Under the pieces are notes generated by a model. That model saw nothing but the letters and a program-made list of their open reading frames with translations. It was not told the DNA's origin and searched no databases. Positions 10,220-22,200 of a stretch of DNA of 36,905 nt are shown piece by piece. The translations under genes and the position numbers were made by a program. This DNA comes from Macrostomum lignano (taxonomy: Eukaryota). The stretch is taken from NCBI GenBank assembly GCA_002269645.1, contig NIVC01004729.1, positions 1 to 36,905 on the forward strand, given 5' to 3'. How positions within the stretch are numbered: the stretch's first letter is position 1; each line of letters opens with the position of its first letter.

Positions 10220-13200
10220 TCAACCGGCCGAAGTGCTGGCAGCAGCACCCGCCTGCACCGACATGCCAGCCGTGGCCTGCATGGCCATCTCTATATTGTC
10301 CACGCGGTTTGGTCCGTGCTTCATCAGCATATAGATCTGCATTAGGTGAGCGCAATCATGAAGAAGCTATTGAGGAGACTTAAAGTTTACAGCAAAATGA
10401 AACACTGGGATATTAAAGGAGAGAGAGTGCAATTAAACATTTGAAGTCCTACCCACCTACGTAGCTAGCTAGGTGTCGTTAAGTTAAGAATTGTTTAAGA
10501 TGCCTGAGAGCTCTCTGCTGCTGAACAGGATGCTTCTATATTTTGGGAAAATCATGTTAATGCAAAAGGTGAACACACACAAGCATCGGTAGATGCAGGT
10601 GGTGGTCAAAAAGGAACCAGGCCTTAAGATGGCTTTGGTCCCCGATGTTTTCACGCCGAGAACTATCGCATCTAACGCCATCTCACCTTGCTGCCAAACA
10701 CCAGTAACAGAGTGGTGCTGGTGCACAGGATAATGCACGCAGCCACCAACCCAATCCGGAGTTCCTGTCCTTCTGAGGGCATGGCGAACACTAGCACAAC
10801 GCCGATCAGCCCCATCACCAAGGTGTTGTACACGCAAACTCCAATTTTCTTCGAATCGTTTAGCGCCTCAACATGAACGGTGCGTGTTTCCCAGGCGAAA
10901 AATATTCCAAACAGTAGAAGAAAGCCTGGAACACAATTTAGAGAGCATTATGCCCTGGACTGTGACTACTTGACTAATTTCTACTGCTATCATCTCATCG
11001 TACGTAATCACGCACCCTTGACGCCGATCTCTATGCCAATCCACATGTTCATGTTGGTACAGACGCACTCGTCAATGGTGGCTCGAAGTAGGGAGCCCTG
11101 CTCCGTTTCCTATCAGGTTAAACGGTTATGGATGATTGGCTTGAAATTATTTGGTCGTACGTGTCAAATTGTTTATATATGCTCTTACCACAGCCGGTAA
11201 ACTTGTTGTTTGCACCTGCAGAGGGTCGATACCAGCCCAGATGCCAAAGATGACAACATCTACCACTACGACGACCAGAATCACAGCGAACAGGTGAAAA
11301 TCTTTGATGGCCTGGATATGGGAAAGTTGGAACTTGATAGACAAGCGATGGACATGTAGTAGGAAAAAAGCTAAAACGATTGCCAAACAGACTCGCTCAA
11401 TTATGTCATTCTAAGGCTGTGGTAAAGAGTGCTTTTATTTAGGGTATATCCCTTAGCAGGTTGTGAGATCAGCAGCACACACAATGGTATAAGGTTACAG
11501 TATTTCACAATAGTTATATCTTGCAAGGGGGCGTATAAATCAAGGCGACAGCTAGTCGACCCCGCAACCAACGAGGAGGCAAGCAGCTTTGCCCATTCCG
11601 ATGATCCTGAGCACGCTAATCGTTAGGCATGTTATACACTCTGACCTTTGAGACGGCTCCTCATGGGCGAAAATTGCACGAAAAACCCCCGTAACAATTT
11701 TTTGTAGCGTGGTCACACACGGAATCGAACTTTGGTACTACTGGCCGGAGTGCGGCGCGTTAACCGCTGCTTTACCCCATACGTACTTTACATTTGTGCT
11801 CAGTCTCTGTTCTAGTCGTGAGAGGCACATTCCGTTGAAATGAACATCTCAATGGACGCAAAGATCGACGATCGACGATCGAATCCCCTCAAAATCCTGT
11901 TCTGTTTTGCCACTGGAAATCCCCCACGTCATAATCCTGCTGCGTGCTTAGTATTCGAGTTGTTAAGCAATCCTGTGCGTGATTATCGTTATTTGGGCCA
12001 ACCAGTGCTGTTGATTTAGCTTCGTGACGGTAAACTTCTCAACTGAACCCAGAGGCATAGACTCAAGAAGATCCGGTTCAGACACGAGGGTCGATGCATA
12101 CGTTTGTAGTCGCAAACTGAAGACTGTAGACGTGAGGAGGCCTTATTGGATTATCTTGGCATGAGCACGGATAATTTTTTGTCTAGTACGAAAAAATAGG
12201 TAACCATTAAGCCGACTATAAGTACACCCACTGTTCTTGTTCGTGAATATAATAAACCTAGGAGAGCTCGCAGCCTGAGGAGCAATATGCGATGGTGGAG
12301 GTGTAAAATTTATAAATCAATGATAATCCAATAAAATATGTCCGATTGTAAAAACAACTTAAAATACACTCATTCATACGCATTCATATGCATGTCTGTG
12401 TAACATGCATAAATGCCAATCTGCGCCCATCTCGTAGTTCAAAATCTCGATTGGAATTCAACAGAGTGCTTTAAATAGAGTTCACTATAATTGATTTCGA
12501 ATTCATAATTTCAGCAACAAGTAAGAGGTCCTCGATTGCAATCACTCACCACTCGTCTCAGCTTGACATTGGTGAAGATGCGGTACACACGCCAGGTCTT
12601 CGCCAGCATGGCGCCAAACGCGCACGAGTAGCCAAAAGCCAGTAGGACGGCCTGCAACCAGCAGAGGCCGACCCTGATCTGCCAGTAGGAGTTCACGGAC
12701 ATCGCGATGCACGAGGCGTAGCACAGCAGGCAGCCAAGACCGATTACATTGTTTACATAGGGACTGCTCAGTTTAATGAGGCGAAGCTCGCGATAATAAA
12801 AGTTCACACCGACTGCAATCAGGCATAGCGCGATACCAATTGATGAAGCCGAGATTAGGGTTACAGTGCTGGGCCAGCTCAGCATCAGACGCTGGACTAG
12901 GACTCCGGGACTGTCCACTGGGGGCGTGCCGTCTGGAAGATCCAGTGCCAATGTTCATTTGTAAGTTTGAAGGCAGCAAGTCTTAGGGAGATCAGTACGA
13001 GTACTGTGAGCTTCTAAATGAGAATCCAAAAGTGATATAGTCCCAATAGTTAGTCTTCTGTACTCTTCGTCAGCTTCGCATGTAATTGTTTTACTCACGC
13101 TGATTCACACCGATTCAAGCTTCATTTCACATCTCTTTTACCGCTAATTGTCTTTTAATTATGATACGAGCGGATATTAAAAGTGTGACTGGATTACCAA

Positions 13201-16200
13201 TATAATAACAAAGATTTAAGGTACGTACAGTTAACACGAATAAATAGTTTAGCCTTAATATATATATAGCTAAAATGCACGTTAACTAACTCATTTCGCT
13301 TACGTGCAAACCAGAGATCCTCAGTCCAGTTGGCTATTGCAGTTGACGGATCGTAAGTTCCCACAAGGTGACGCTTCAGGCCTACACGAGAAAATTTTTT
13401 AGTTTGGGATGAGAATGGGAAACTATATGCCAGATGACAAAAAGTGACAACTGGAATCGTTTATTCCTGAAGCAATCAAACAGCCATCGCAAAATTCATT
13501 TCTTTTGGTGGTAAGTAAAAGCTTAAAACTCTTGACATTACATATAACTTGGTCGATTCATTTTTGAGCACGGGACTGATGAAGAGCTAGGATTGCTCAA
13601 TACAAAGAAACAGGTTTCCCTGATGCTTCTCACCTCTCAGCTGGTAGAAGAGGACCATGGATGAGCGATCTCCTTGACTGTCAAACATTACCTTACCCTG
13701 TTGAGACGAGGTTGAATGAAAATTGAAATTAATAAAAGCTGAAGAATGAAAGATGAAAGATAGGCCGGAACACGCCTAACCTGCAGCATACAGGTAAATA
13801 GAAGGCAGAGTCTCATTCTTTATCTTATTCCAGGGAAGTCTTTTATGCTCTGACGATCTCAAAAACCTTTCCCGTTTAGGGAAAGGTAGCGACCCTCTTT
13901 TCCCGACAATGTATTAAGGTGGGTAGCGAGCCTCAGCTAGATCCTTTGTAATAACCTTCTCAAAAGTCGCTAGTCATTTGTTTATCATTTTATGCCAATT
14001 GCCATTCATTCAATATGGTTATAATTTTTGCTGAAGCCTTGAACGCACATACGAGATACTGTATAAATGTAGCTCATATCTAGATGCTGCCCAATGGCTT
14101 ACGGAATTCTTATGTAACTGCTATTCTTATTTAAATTATAAGTACTATTATTAAACAGGCTGAAATGCTTGGTTCCTATCAGGAGCGTAGCAGGTCCTAG
14201 CAGACCCCTGGCTCGTATAGCGCAGCTTTTCACTCAAAGACCCCAACGGAGAACCCTAGTCCATGACGGTGAGTCCTAGATTGACTTTCAATTACCATAG
14301 AGGGATCATTGCCAGCAGGCAATTCTCACCGAAAGTCCAGTGAACTCGAGCAGCATGAGGTTGTTGAACAGGGCCGCCTTAAATGACGAATTGGCGAGCT
14401 CCGTGTTCTCAGTGTAGTTAAAGTCCTTCAGCGTCTGGTTCAGAGCTAGCGCGGCCGACATCACGGAGTCAAAGCGCAGGTCAAAGCCGGCGAGGGTTTT
14501 GGGAAAGGCGATGGAGGCCAGGCCCGGATACTCGCTTATGAAGGCGTTGTACAGCTCGGAAAGATTCTGAAAAAATCAGAATAATGATTCTCGGTATCCA
14601 GAGGTGACTGTAGTTATATTATTTAGTCAAGTTGGAACAACCTCAATAGTTTGTCGGGACAAAAGGGAGGCAGCGATTTCATGCTTGTAGTTCTTTATCA
14701 TGAAAGCAAGAATTTGCGTAGGTCAGAGAGTGAGAATTAATTACCATAGTAAAACTTCAAATAATGTAACAAATAATCTAAATTATTCGAACTATTTCAT
14801 CACTGTCTCAGTATGCATTTATCTAATGAAGCTACATGTACAATCGTAGTATTTTTACCACAAACGTAGATTTACTTTCGATTACAATAATGGGTTAGGG
14901 CATTCACCACAAACTATGCAAGTTAAGTCAATTTAGTTGCGGCTAGTACTCAGCTGAATAGGCTTGCGTCACCCTTCAATGCGGCCATACCGGCGAGAAA
15001 GGGATCATTCAAGCTGATAAATTACCCAACAGTGCCAGCACCGTATAAGCTGTACACAGCCCTCGGATGCGTCGCTCAATTGTAGCGGTTTTTTGGCGTT
15101 GTTCTGGAGCTGCCACTGTCTCGTGGTATTTCTTAAACTTTTCGTTTGCAATAGCTACATGTACGTTCAATTAGACTAACATATTTATTTTGCTCATACG
15201 TACAGTCCCTAATTATTGATCGCACCACTTTCATTCTTCACTGATCGCCCCACTCCACATTACGCTCACGTGTATTGTACGCTTTCACTCAGCTCATTAA
15301 ATATATCGACCCAGAGCATCTCGCTCAAGCCTTTTCGTTTCATCGTTTCAATAGCGCAGCATATAGTTTGTCTTTCATCTCGAGTTATTCTAGCAACCAT
15401 TTTGGTAGCAGAGCGTGGTTCTCATCGATAGTTTTGTTTTCACGCTAGCCAACTATAGAAGAATGTCAGGCGAAGAGGAAACACAGGCTGAATCTGTTGA
15501 ACAGCCAGACGATAGCAAGTTGCAGTCGTTGCGACGAGAAAAGTCAAAGTTCAAGTCTGCGCTGACCAAGAACAGAAATAAGCTAGCCTGGCTGCTACAA
15601 GACGAGCCCGACAAGAGCGCGATTCAACGACAATGCGAAGTCGTCACCGAGATATTCGAAGGTACAACCGAGACGCTGTACGAGCTGTGCGATGAGTTGA
15701 AACGGCAGAAAAGCGACGCAGCTCAGTATTCTCGGCTGCTCGACGAAATTGACGTAATTGAGGACGACTACCGGACGACCATGCAAGAAGTTCATCGGTA
15801 CCTCAAGGACTACAGAACAACGACAAAAGCACCTGCAGTAGCGGCGGCACAAGAGGAGGCAACGGCAGCGACGTTGAAGACTTCAGCAGCGGCGGCAGCG
15901 GTGCAGGCCAGTCGAGAGCGGCGATTCGAATTCAAAGCGGAGTCCATGCAAGGCCAGCGGCAGCAGACTTCTTACAGAGGCTACGGTGGTGAGTTTGGCT
16001 ATTTGCCTTCTTCTAATCAGCATGCGGGCGCCGAGATGGAAGCGGAGGACGAAGACGAAATCGGTAACTCATCGGTTCATGAGTTGTCCAAGGATTTATG
16101 GAAGATGCTGCGCAGGGTGGAGATTCCGACTTTCTATGGCGAAAAGCCGCAGTATGAAGCATGGAAGGCTGCATTCATGGCTTGCATTGATAGGGCACCA

Positions 16201-19200
16201 GCAACTCCAGAGTTCAAGCTTCTTCAGCTGAGGCAGTATTTGAAGGGAGCGGCATTGAAAGTGATCGAGCACCTTGGACATTCGGCTGCGGCTTATGAGG
16301 CGGCGAAAGAGAGATTGGAGCGCGAGTATGGCGGCAAGAGGCGACAGTTGGCTCTTTACTTAGAGGAACTGGACAGTTTTCCACCTGTGAAGCAGAATAA
16401 TGCAGAGGAGCTTAAGAAGTTTGCAAACATCCTTGATGTGGCCGTAATTAATTTGGAAGAAGCAGGCAAGAATACAGAACTTAGTGATGGACTGCTTTAT
16501 GCTAGGTTGCAAAAGAAACTTCCGGAGCCGATGGTCGCAGCATTTCGCCGTTGGGTGTTCGAGAAGAAGTCAGAAGGCGTGAGAACACTCCGTGAGTGGG
16601 TGTTGCGCGAAGCCGAGTTTCGAACTCAGGCAGCAGAGATTGTGCACGGTGTGGCCACATCCAGCCAGGAGCACCCAAAGAAGGAAGGGCAGCAGAAGAC
16701 CTTTCATGTAGCACATCAGAGCAAGAGCTCGAGTAGGGAGAGCTATTCGTGTGTTGTCTGCAAGGAGGCACACGCTCTATGGAAGTGCCCAGCGTTCAAA
16801 AAGCTGTCGTCTGAGAATCGATGGAAGGCTGCTCAGGAAGCAAAAGCGTGTTTCCGCTGTCTTAAACATGGTCACACAGGTCAAAATTGTCGACGAGGTC
16901 GCAGGTGTGGCATTGACGGATGCGAAAAATCCCACCATCTCCTGTTGCACTCGAGCGCTGCTAGATCGGAAACGAAAGCGAAGCCAGAAGCAGAAGCAGT
17001 TGGTGAGCAAGGAAGTCAATCCAAGCCAAAGTCTGAAACGGTGACGATGGTGTCCCGAGAGACTAGTGCAGTGTCACTTCGAACAGTGCCAGTCATCCTT
17101 AAGTCGAATAGGCGAACTGTGAAGGTCAATGCGTTGCTTGATGACGCCAGCACAAGGACCTATTTGAATGTGGCGATCGCAACTGAGCTAGGACTGCAAG
17201 GCAAGCAAGAATCCGTCCAGGTGGATGTATTGAACGGGCAGGTGGAAACCTTCATGACAGCACCAGTAACGTGTACTTTGGAGAGTGTGGACGGCCAAAT
17301 CAGCAAGCAGATCACTGTATTTACGACAGATCGAGTCGCCGGTAACATGCTAACACGCCGGAAGTGGTAGATTGGCAGAAAGTGGCATCGAAGTGGCAGC
17401 ACTTGGCAAACATTCCGTTCCCGAGGGTGCAGACACCAACAGTTGTGGATTTGCTGATTGGAGTTGATCATGCCGAACTGCATACGTCTCACCTGGAAGT
17501 ATGCGGCAAGCCTGGAGATCCGCAAGCCCGGCTAACACCTTTAGGTTGGACGTGCATCGGAAAGGTTGACGAAGCTTTGGAACGGTCTTTGTTCGCGAAC
17601 ACGTTCTTCAGCGGGGGAGACAAACAAAACCTGGCACCACTGCTACGTCAATTCTGGGAAGTGGAAGAAGTTCAGCGAGTGGAGTCACCTTCAGTTACGG
17701 CTATAGAGCAGCTAGCGTTGGACTGCGCGAGGTCATCACTGAAGCTAGTCAACGGACGCTACCAAGTTGGTGTTCCATGGAAACCGGACGCTAAGGTCAA
17801 AACTAGCAACTTTGAGCTGGCCATTAAGCGGCTTGAGAACACCGAGAAGCGGCTCATTAAAGATCCAAAGAAAGCCAAGCAGTACCAGGACGTCATCAAC
17901 CGCTACGAGGAAGTAGGCTATATCAGAAAGGTGCACAAAAATGAGCAACAGCCAGCGAACCGGTACTAACTTCCTCATTTTCCAGTAGTTCGGATGGATA
18001 AAGCAACTACAAAAGTCCGCATCGTCTTTGACGCTTCAGCTGGCGGCGAGGGGTCGTTGAACAGCCTGATGCTGGCAGGACCGAAGCTTCAGCAAAATCT
18101 CGTGGACGTGCTTCTTCGCTTCAGGAGACATCCAGTAGCAGTTGTTTGCGACATTTCCGAAATGTACCTGCAAATCGAGATGGCACCAGAAGATCGGGCG
18201 GCGCACAGCTTTCTGTGGCGAAGTATGGATCCAACGAAGACACCAGAGACTTTCGAGTTCAACCGAGTGGTATTTGGCGCTACAAGTTCACCATTTCTGG
18301 CGCAATTCGTAACTCAAGAACATGCAAAAAGCTTGAAGCAAGAGTTTCCAGCGGCCGCAGAAACGGTGCTCCAGTCAACCTACATGGATGACTGCCTGGA
18401 TTCCAAGAAGAAAGACGCCGAAGCCATTCAGTTGTACCAGGAATTGAGTCAACTGTGGGAGCGAGCTGGCATGCACGCTCGAAAATGGATCTCCAACTTT
18501 AGAGCTGTGCTCGCATGTGTCTCACCAGAAGATAGAGCAGCGGAGGTGAGCCTAGATGGACAACCATTGCCAGTTTCGAAGACGCTTGGACTCGTCTGGA
18601 AAAGTGAGGAAGACGAGTTCACGTTTGCTGCAGGCAGCGAGCCGAGCCCAGTCAAATCAAAGAGGGAGCTGCTCAAAAGATTGGCGTCAGTTTACGATCC
18701 TCTAGGCCTCATCACACCATTCATCGCTCAGGCGAAAATACTGCTCCAGGAATTGTGGTGCAGCGGACTCGATTGGGATGAAATACCGGGCGAAGCGCTG
18801 CTGAAGAGGATCCAAGTGTGATGTGCTGACCTGGCCAAGCTGAACTGCATCCGATTCCATCGCTGTCTACAGCTCCCGAGTGTGCCTAGTCGGGCTCAGC
18901 TGCACTGCTTTGCCGACGCTTCTGAAAAGGCCTACGGAGCGGTGTGCTACCTCAGATGCGAGTACTCCGACGCGTCGAAATCAGTTCGCCTCATCGCTGC
19001 GAAGTCTCGAGTCGCACCCGTAGCAACCATGAGCATCCCAAGGCTGGAGTTGATGGCAGCGTTCACTGGGCTGCATCTAACCGTCAAGGTTGCCAAGGCG
19101 CTGGAGATAAGCATCAAAGATGCAGTTTTCTGGACAGACAGCATGAACGTCCTCTTTTGGATTCGAGGTAGAGGCCGTTTTTTCAAGCCTTTTGTTGCGA

Positions 19201-22200
19201 ATCGCATCGGAGAAATCCAGCAGACAACTGATCCGAACCAGTGGAGACACGTGCCAACGGCGTGCAATCCTGCCGATCTGCTGTCAAGAGGAGCAACAAT
19301 AGTTCAGCTAGCCGAGGATCAGAAATGGAAAAGCGGTCCGGAATTTCTACAGCACGAAGACTGCACTTGGCCAAGCACTCTGTTGGAGCGACCAGAGAAC
19401 CTAGAGATAAGAAACTCTGTGAAAGATTCTGGCGCGGCTGAAACTGTCATGTGTACGACTCTTGCTCGCTGCGAGCCACCAAAGGGAATAGAGCGGCTTG
19501 ACCCTAGCAGGTTCTCCCGTTGGACGCGTTTCGTGCGGTTGAGTGCCTGATTAGCAGATTCGCCAACAATTGCCGACTCGAACCCCAGTATCGAATTCGA
19601 GGAGAGCTGCAACCATCGGAGCTGGAGGATGCGGAGCTGAGAGTAATTAAGGAGGCGCAGAAAGATGCATTTAGTGCGGAGCTTGCTGCTTTGAGAAAGA
19701 ATAAGAGTGTTGCTGAGAGTAGCAAACTAGCTGGCTTGCATCCAAAACTTGACCTGAGTGACGTCATCCGTTCGGAAAGTCGCCTCCAGCTCGCCGAGGC
19801 ACTGCCTGTTAGCGTCAGATCGCCGATCATCTTGCCGAAGTGCCATCCGGTAACGGAGCTGATCATCAAGCACCATCACGAACAAGCGTATCACGCCGGC
19901 ACCAACCAAGTGCTCGCGGCAGTGACTGCTCGATTTTGGATCCCAGCAGGCCGAGAGGCAATTCGAGCTTGGGAGGCCAAGTGTGCTGAATGCAAAAGAA
20001 GAAAAGCCCAACCAGCTTCACAGTTGATGGCGCCATTGCCTCCAGGTCAGCTAGAACCGTTAAGAGCGTTCACAAGAGTCTCACTCGACTTCGGAGGACC
20101 GTTTCTGACGAAGCAGGGTCGGGGACGTGTTCGGCAGAAAAGATACTTGGCGCTCTTCACTTGCATGGCCACGCGTGCAGTTCACTTAGAGATGGCGTAC
20201 GGCCTTGATACAAGCAGCTTCCTAAATGCTTTGTTCCGCATGATCAACCGCCGAGGACAAGTTGAGGAAATTTATTCTGACAACGGAACCAATTTTGTTG
20301 GGTTGGCGCGGATAGAGAGCTGAATGAGCTCTGGAAGGCGATGGACAAAAACTCTTTGCAGTCGCGCACATCTCACGTTCGGATTAAGTGGCACTTCAAT
20401 CCGCCTGCGGCTCCACATTTCGGAGGTGTGCACGAGTCCATGATAAAGTCGGCAAAGAGGGCGATCAATGCGATCCTAAGAAAAGCAGAAGTAACTGATG
20501 AGGAGCTTGTGACTGCTTTTTCTGGAGCGGAGTCGTTGCTGAACTCACGGCCTTTGACCTACCAGTCGTCCCATCCTGGTGACGATCCGGTCCTGACGCC
20601 AGCGCACTTCCTGTACGGGCACGTTGGCGGACAGCTGGCACCGGAGATCTCGGCTGACGAGGTGTTCAACCCAACCAAGCGGTGGCGCTACGTGCAGCAG
20701 CTGGTGCAGTCGTTTTGGCGGCGATGGCTCCGAGACTGGCTGCCCGGCCTCGGTGCGAGAACCAAATGGCGGCGAGAGCAGCCCGACCTCAAGCCCGGGG
20801 ACGTCGTGCTGTATGTCTGTCCGGACAGTCCTCGGGGTCACTGGCCTCTGGCTCGAGTCCTGGAGGTGTACCCGGGTCGAGACGGCCATGTTCGAGTAGC
20901 AAAGGTGCAGCTGGCGGACAAGGTTCTGACGCGGCTAATCAACAGACTGTGCCCATTGATTACTGATTGAAGGCTGACTATGACTCACTGATTGATGGAC
21001 TGTTAATCCCCGTGTCGATTCGTATTTTCATTTTCGTCAATTTGTCATTATCATTTTTGTCACTTTCTAGACAGCGTTTTTTTTGCGGTGTGCGAATGAT
21101 TGTTTAGTTTTAGTTTGTTTGTTTATCAAATACGTTTGTTTCGGTCATGTTTAAATTTTGAGTTTGGTGTTTGCCTTCATAATTTAGGTTGTTAATTTTT
21201 TAAATCGATTATTATTTATATCGTAGTCCAAATTTAACCATGTCGCATCGCAATTTCACGTTGTCCTTTGTCTTGTAATCACATCACTCTCTGGTAATGG
21301 GTTGATTGTCTTAAAATCATTTTTCGTGAAATGCAACTGCAGTTTATGTTTCGAACTCAAGCGCGTTTCTTTTCTTTTTCTACATTTTCGGCTACTGTAA
21401 CAGAGCCCAGCAAGACAATTTTGTTTAGTCAAGTCTTTGTACAAGTACGAAATGCGTAAGTTCTGCGTCGTAACTTCTTCTGCATCTTTATTTCATAGGT
21501 TTGCTTCCACTGCCACTCATTTTCAAAATTACATTTTTGCATCATTATTTTGTTTTTGCCATAGACATGTCAAGGTGGGGGGTATGTTCTGGAGCTGCCA
21601 CTGTCTCGTGGTATTTCTTAAACTTTTCGTTTGCAATAGCTACATGTACGTTCAATTAGACTAACATATTTATTTTGCTCATACGTACAGTCCCTAATTA
21701 TTGATCGCACCACTTTCATTCTTCACTGATCGCCCCACTCCACATTACGCTCACGTGTATTGTACGCTTTCACTCAGCTCATTAAATATATCGACCCAGA
21801 GCATCTCGCTCAAGCCTTTTCGTTTCATCGTTTCAATAGCGCAGCATATAGTTTGTCTTTCATCTCGAGTTATTCTAGCAACCAGGCGTTGACTGACCAC
21901 CTTGTATCGGTTTTGACAATCAATATGAGAAAATGGACAATCAAAATGAAAAAATCCGTAGATCTGCATGCAGCAGCTCAGCTCAGCTTCACAGCAGCTG
22001 CGGCTTAGGCCATAGACTTTTTGACGATCGAAATGAGAATTGGACAATCAAAATGGCAACAGGAGTGCACGTTTATTGAATGAAATTTTAACAATAGAAA
22101 CGAGAAATTGACAACAGAAATGACAACACAGTCAGAAAAATGATGGAAACACAGCAGTCCAGCAGCATAGGTTCAGAACTCCTGCCCAGCAAGGCAGCGT

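Larger units (their letters stand above)
15100..21884 (+). mobile_element. Full-length BEL/Pao LTR retrotransposon, antisense within intron 6 of the GPCR gene
   Basis: 300-bp LTRs at 15100-15399 and 21585-21884 (TG...CA, identical by eye); TSD GGCGT at 15095-15099 and 21885-21889; PBS at 15403-15420; purine-rich tract before the 3' LTR; domain order gag-PR-RT-RH-IN. Confidence 0.97.

Noticed and set aside
13570-13620. CTGATGA...GAAA hammerhead candidate
   Set aside because: GAAA is not adjacent to the putative stem II, and no closing stems are present.
20971-21584. Possible env-like ORF in the BEL element
   Set aside because: AT-rich 3' UTR with no substantial ORF.
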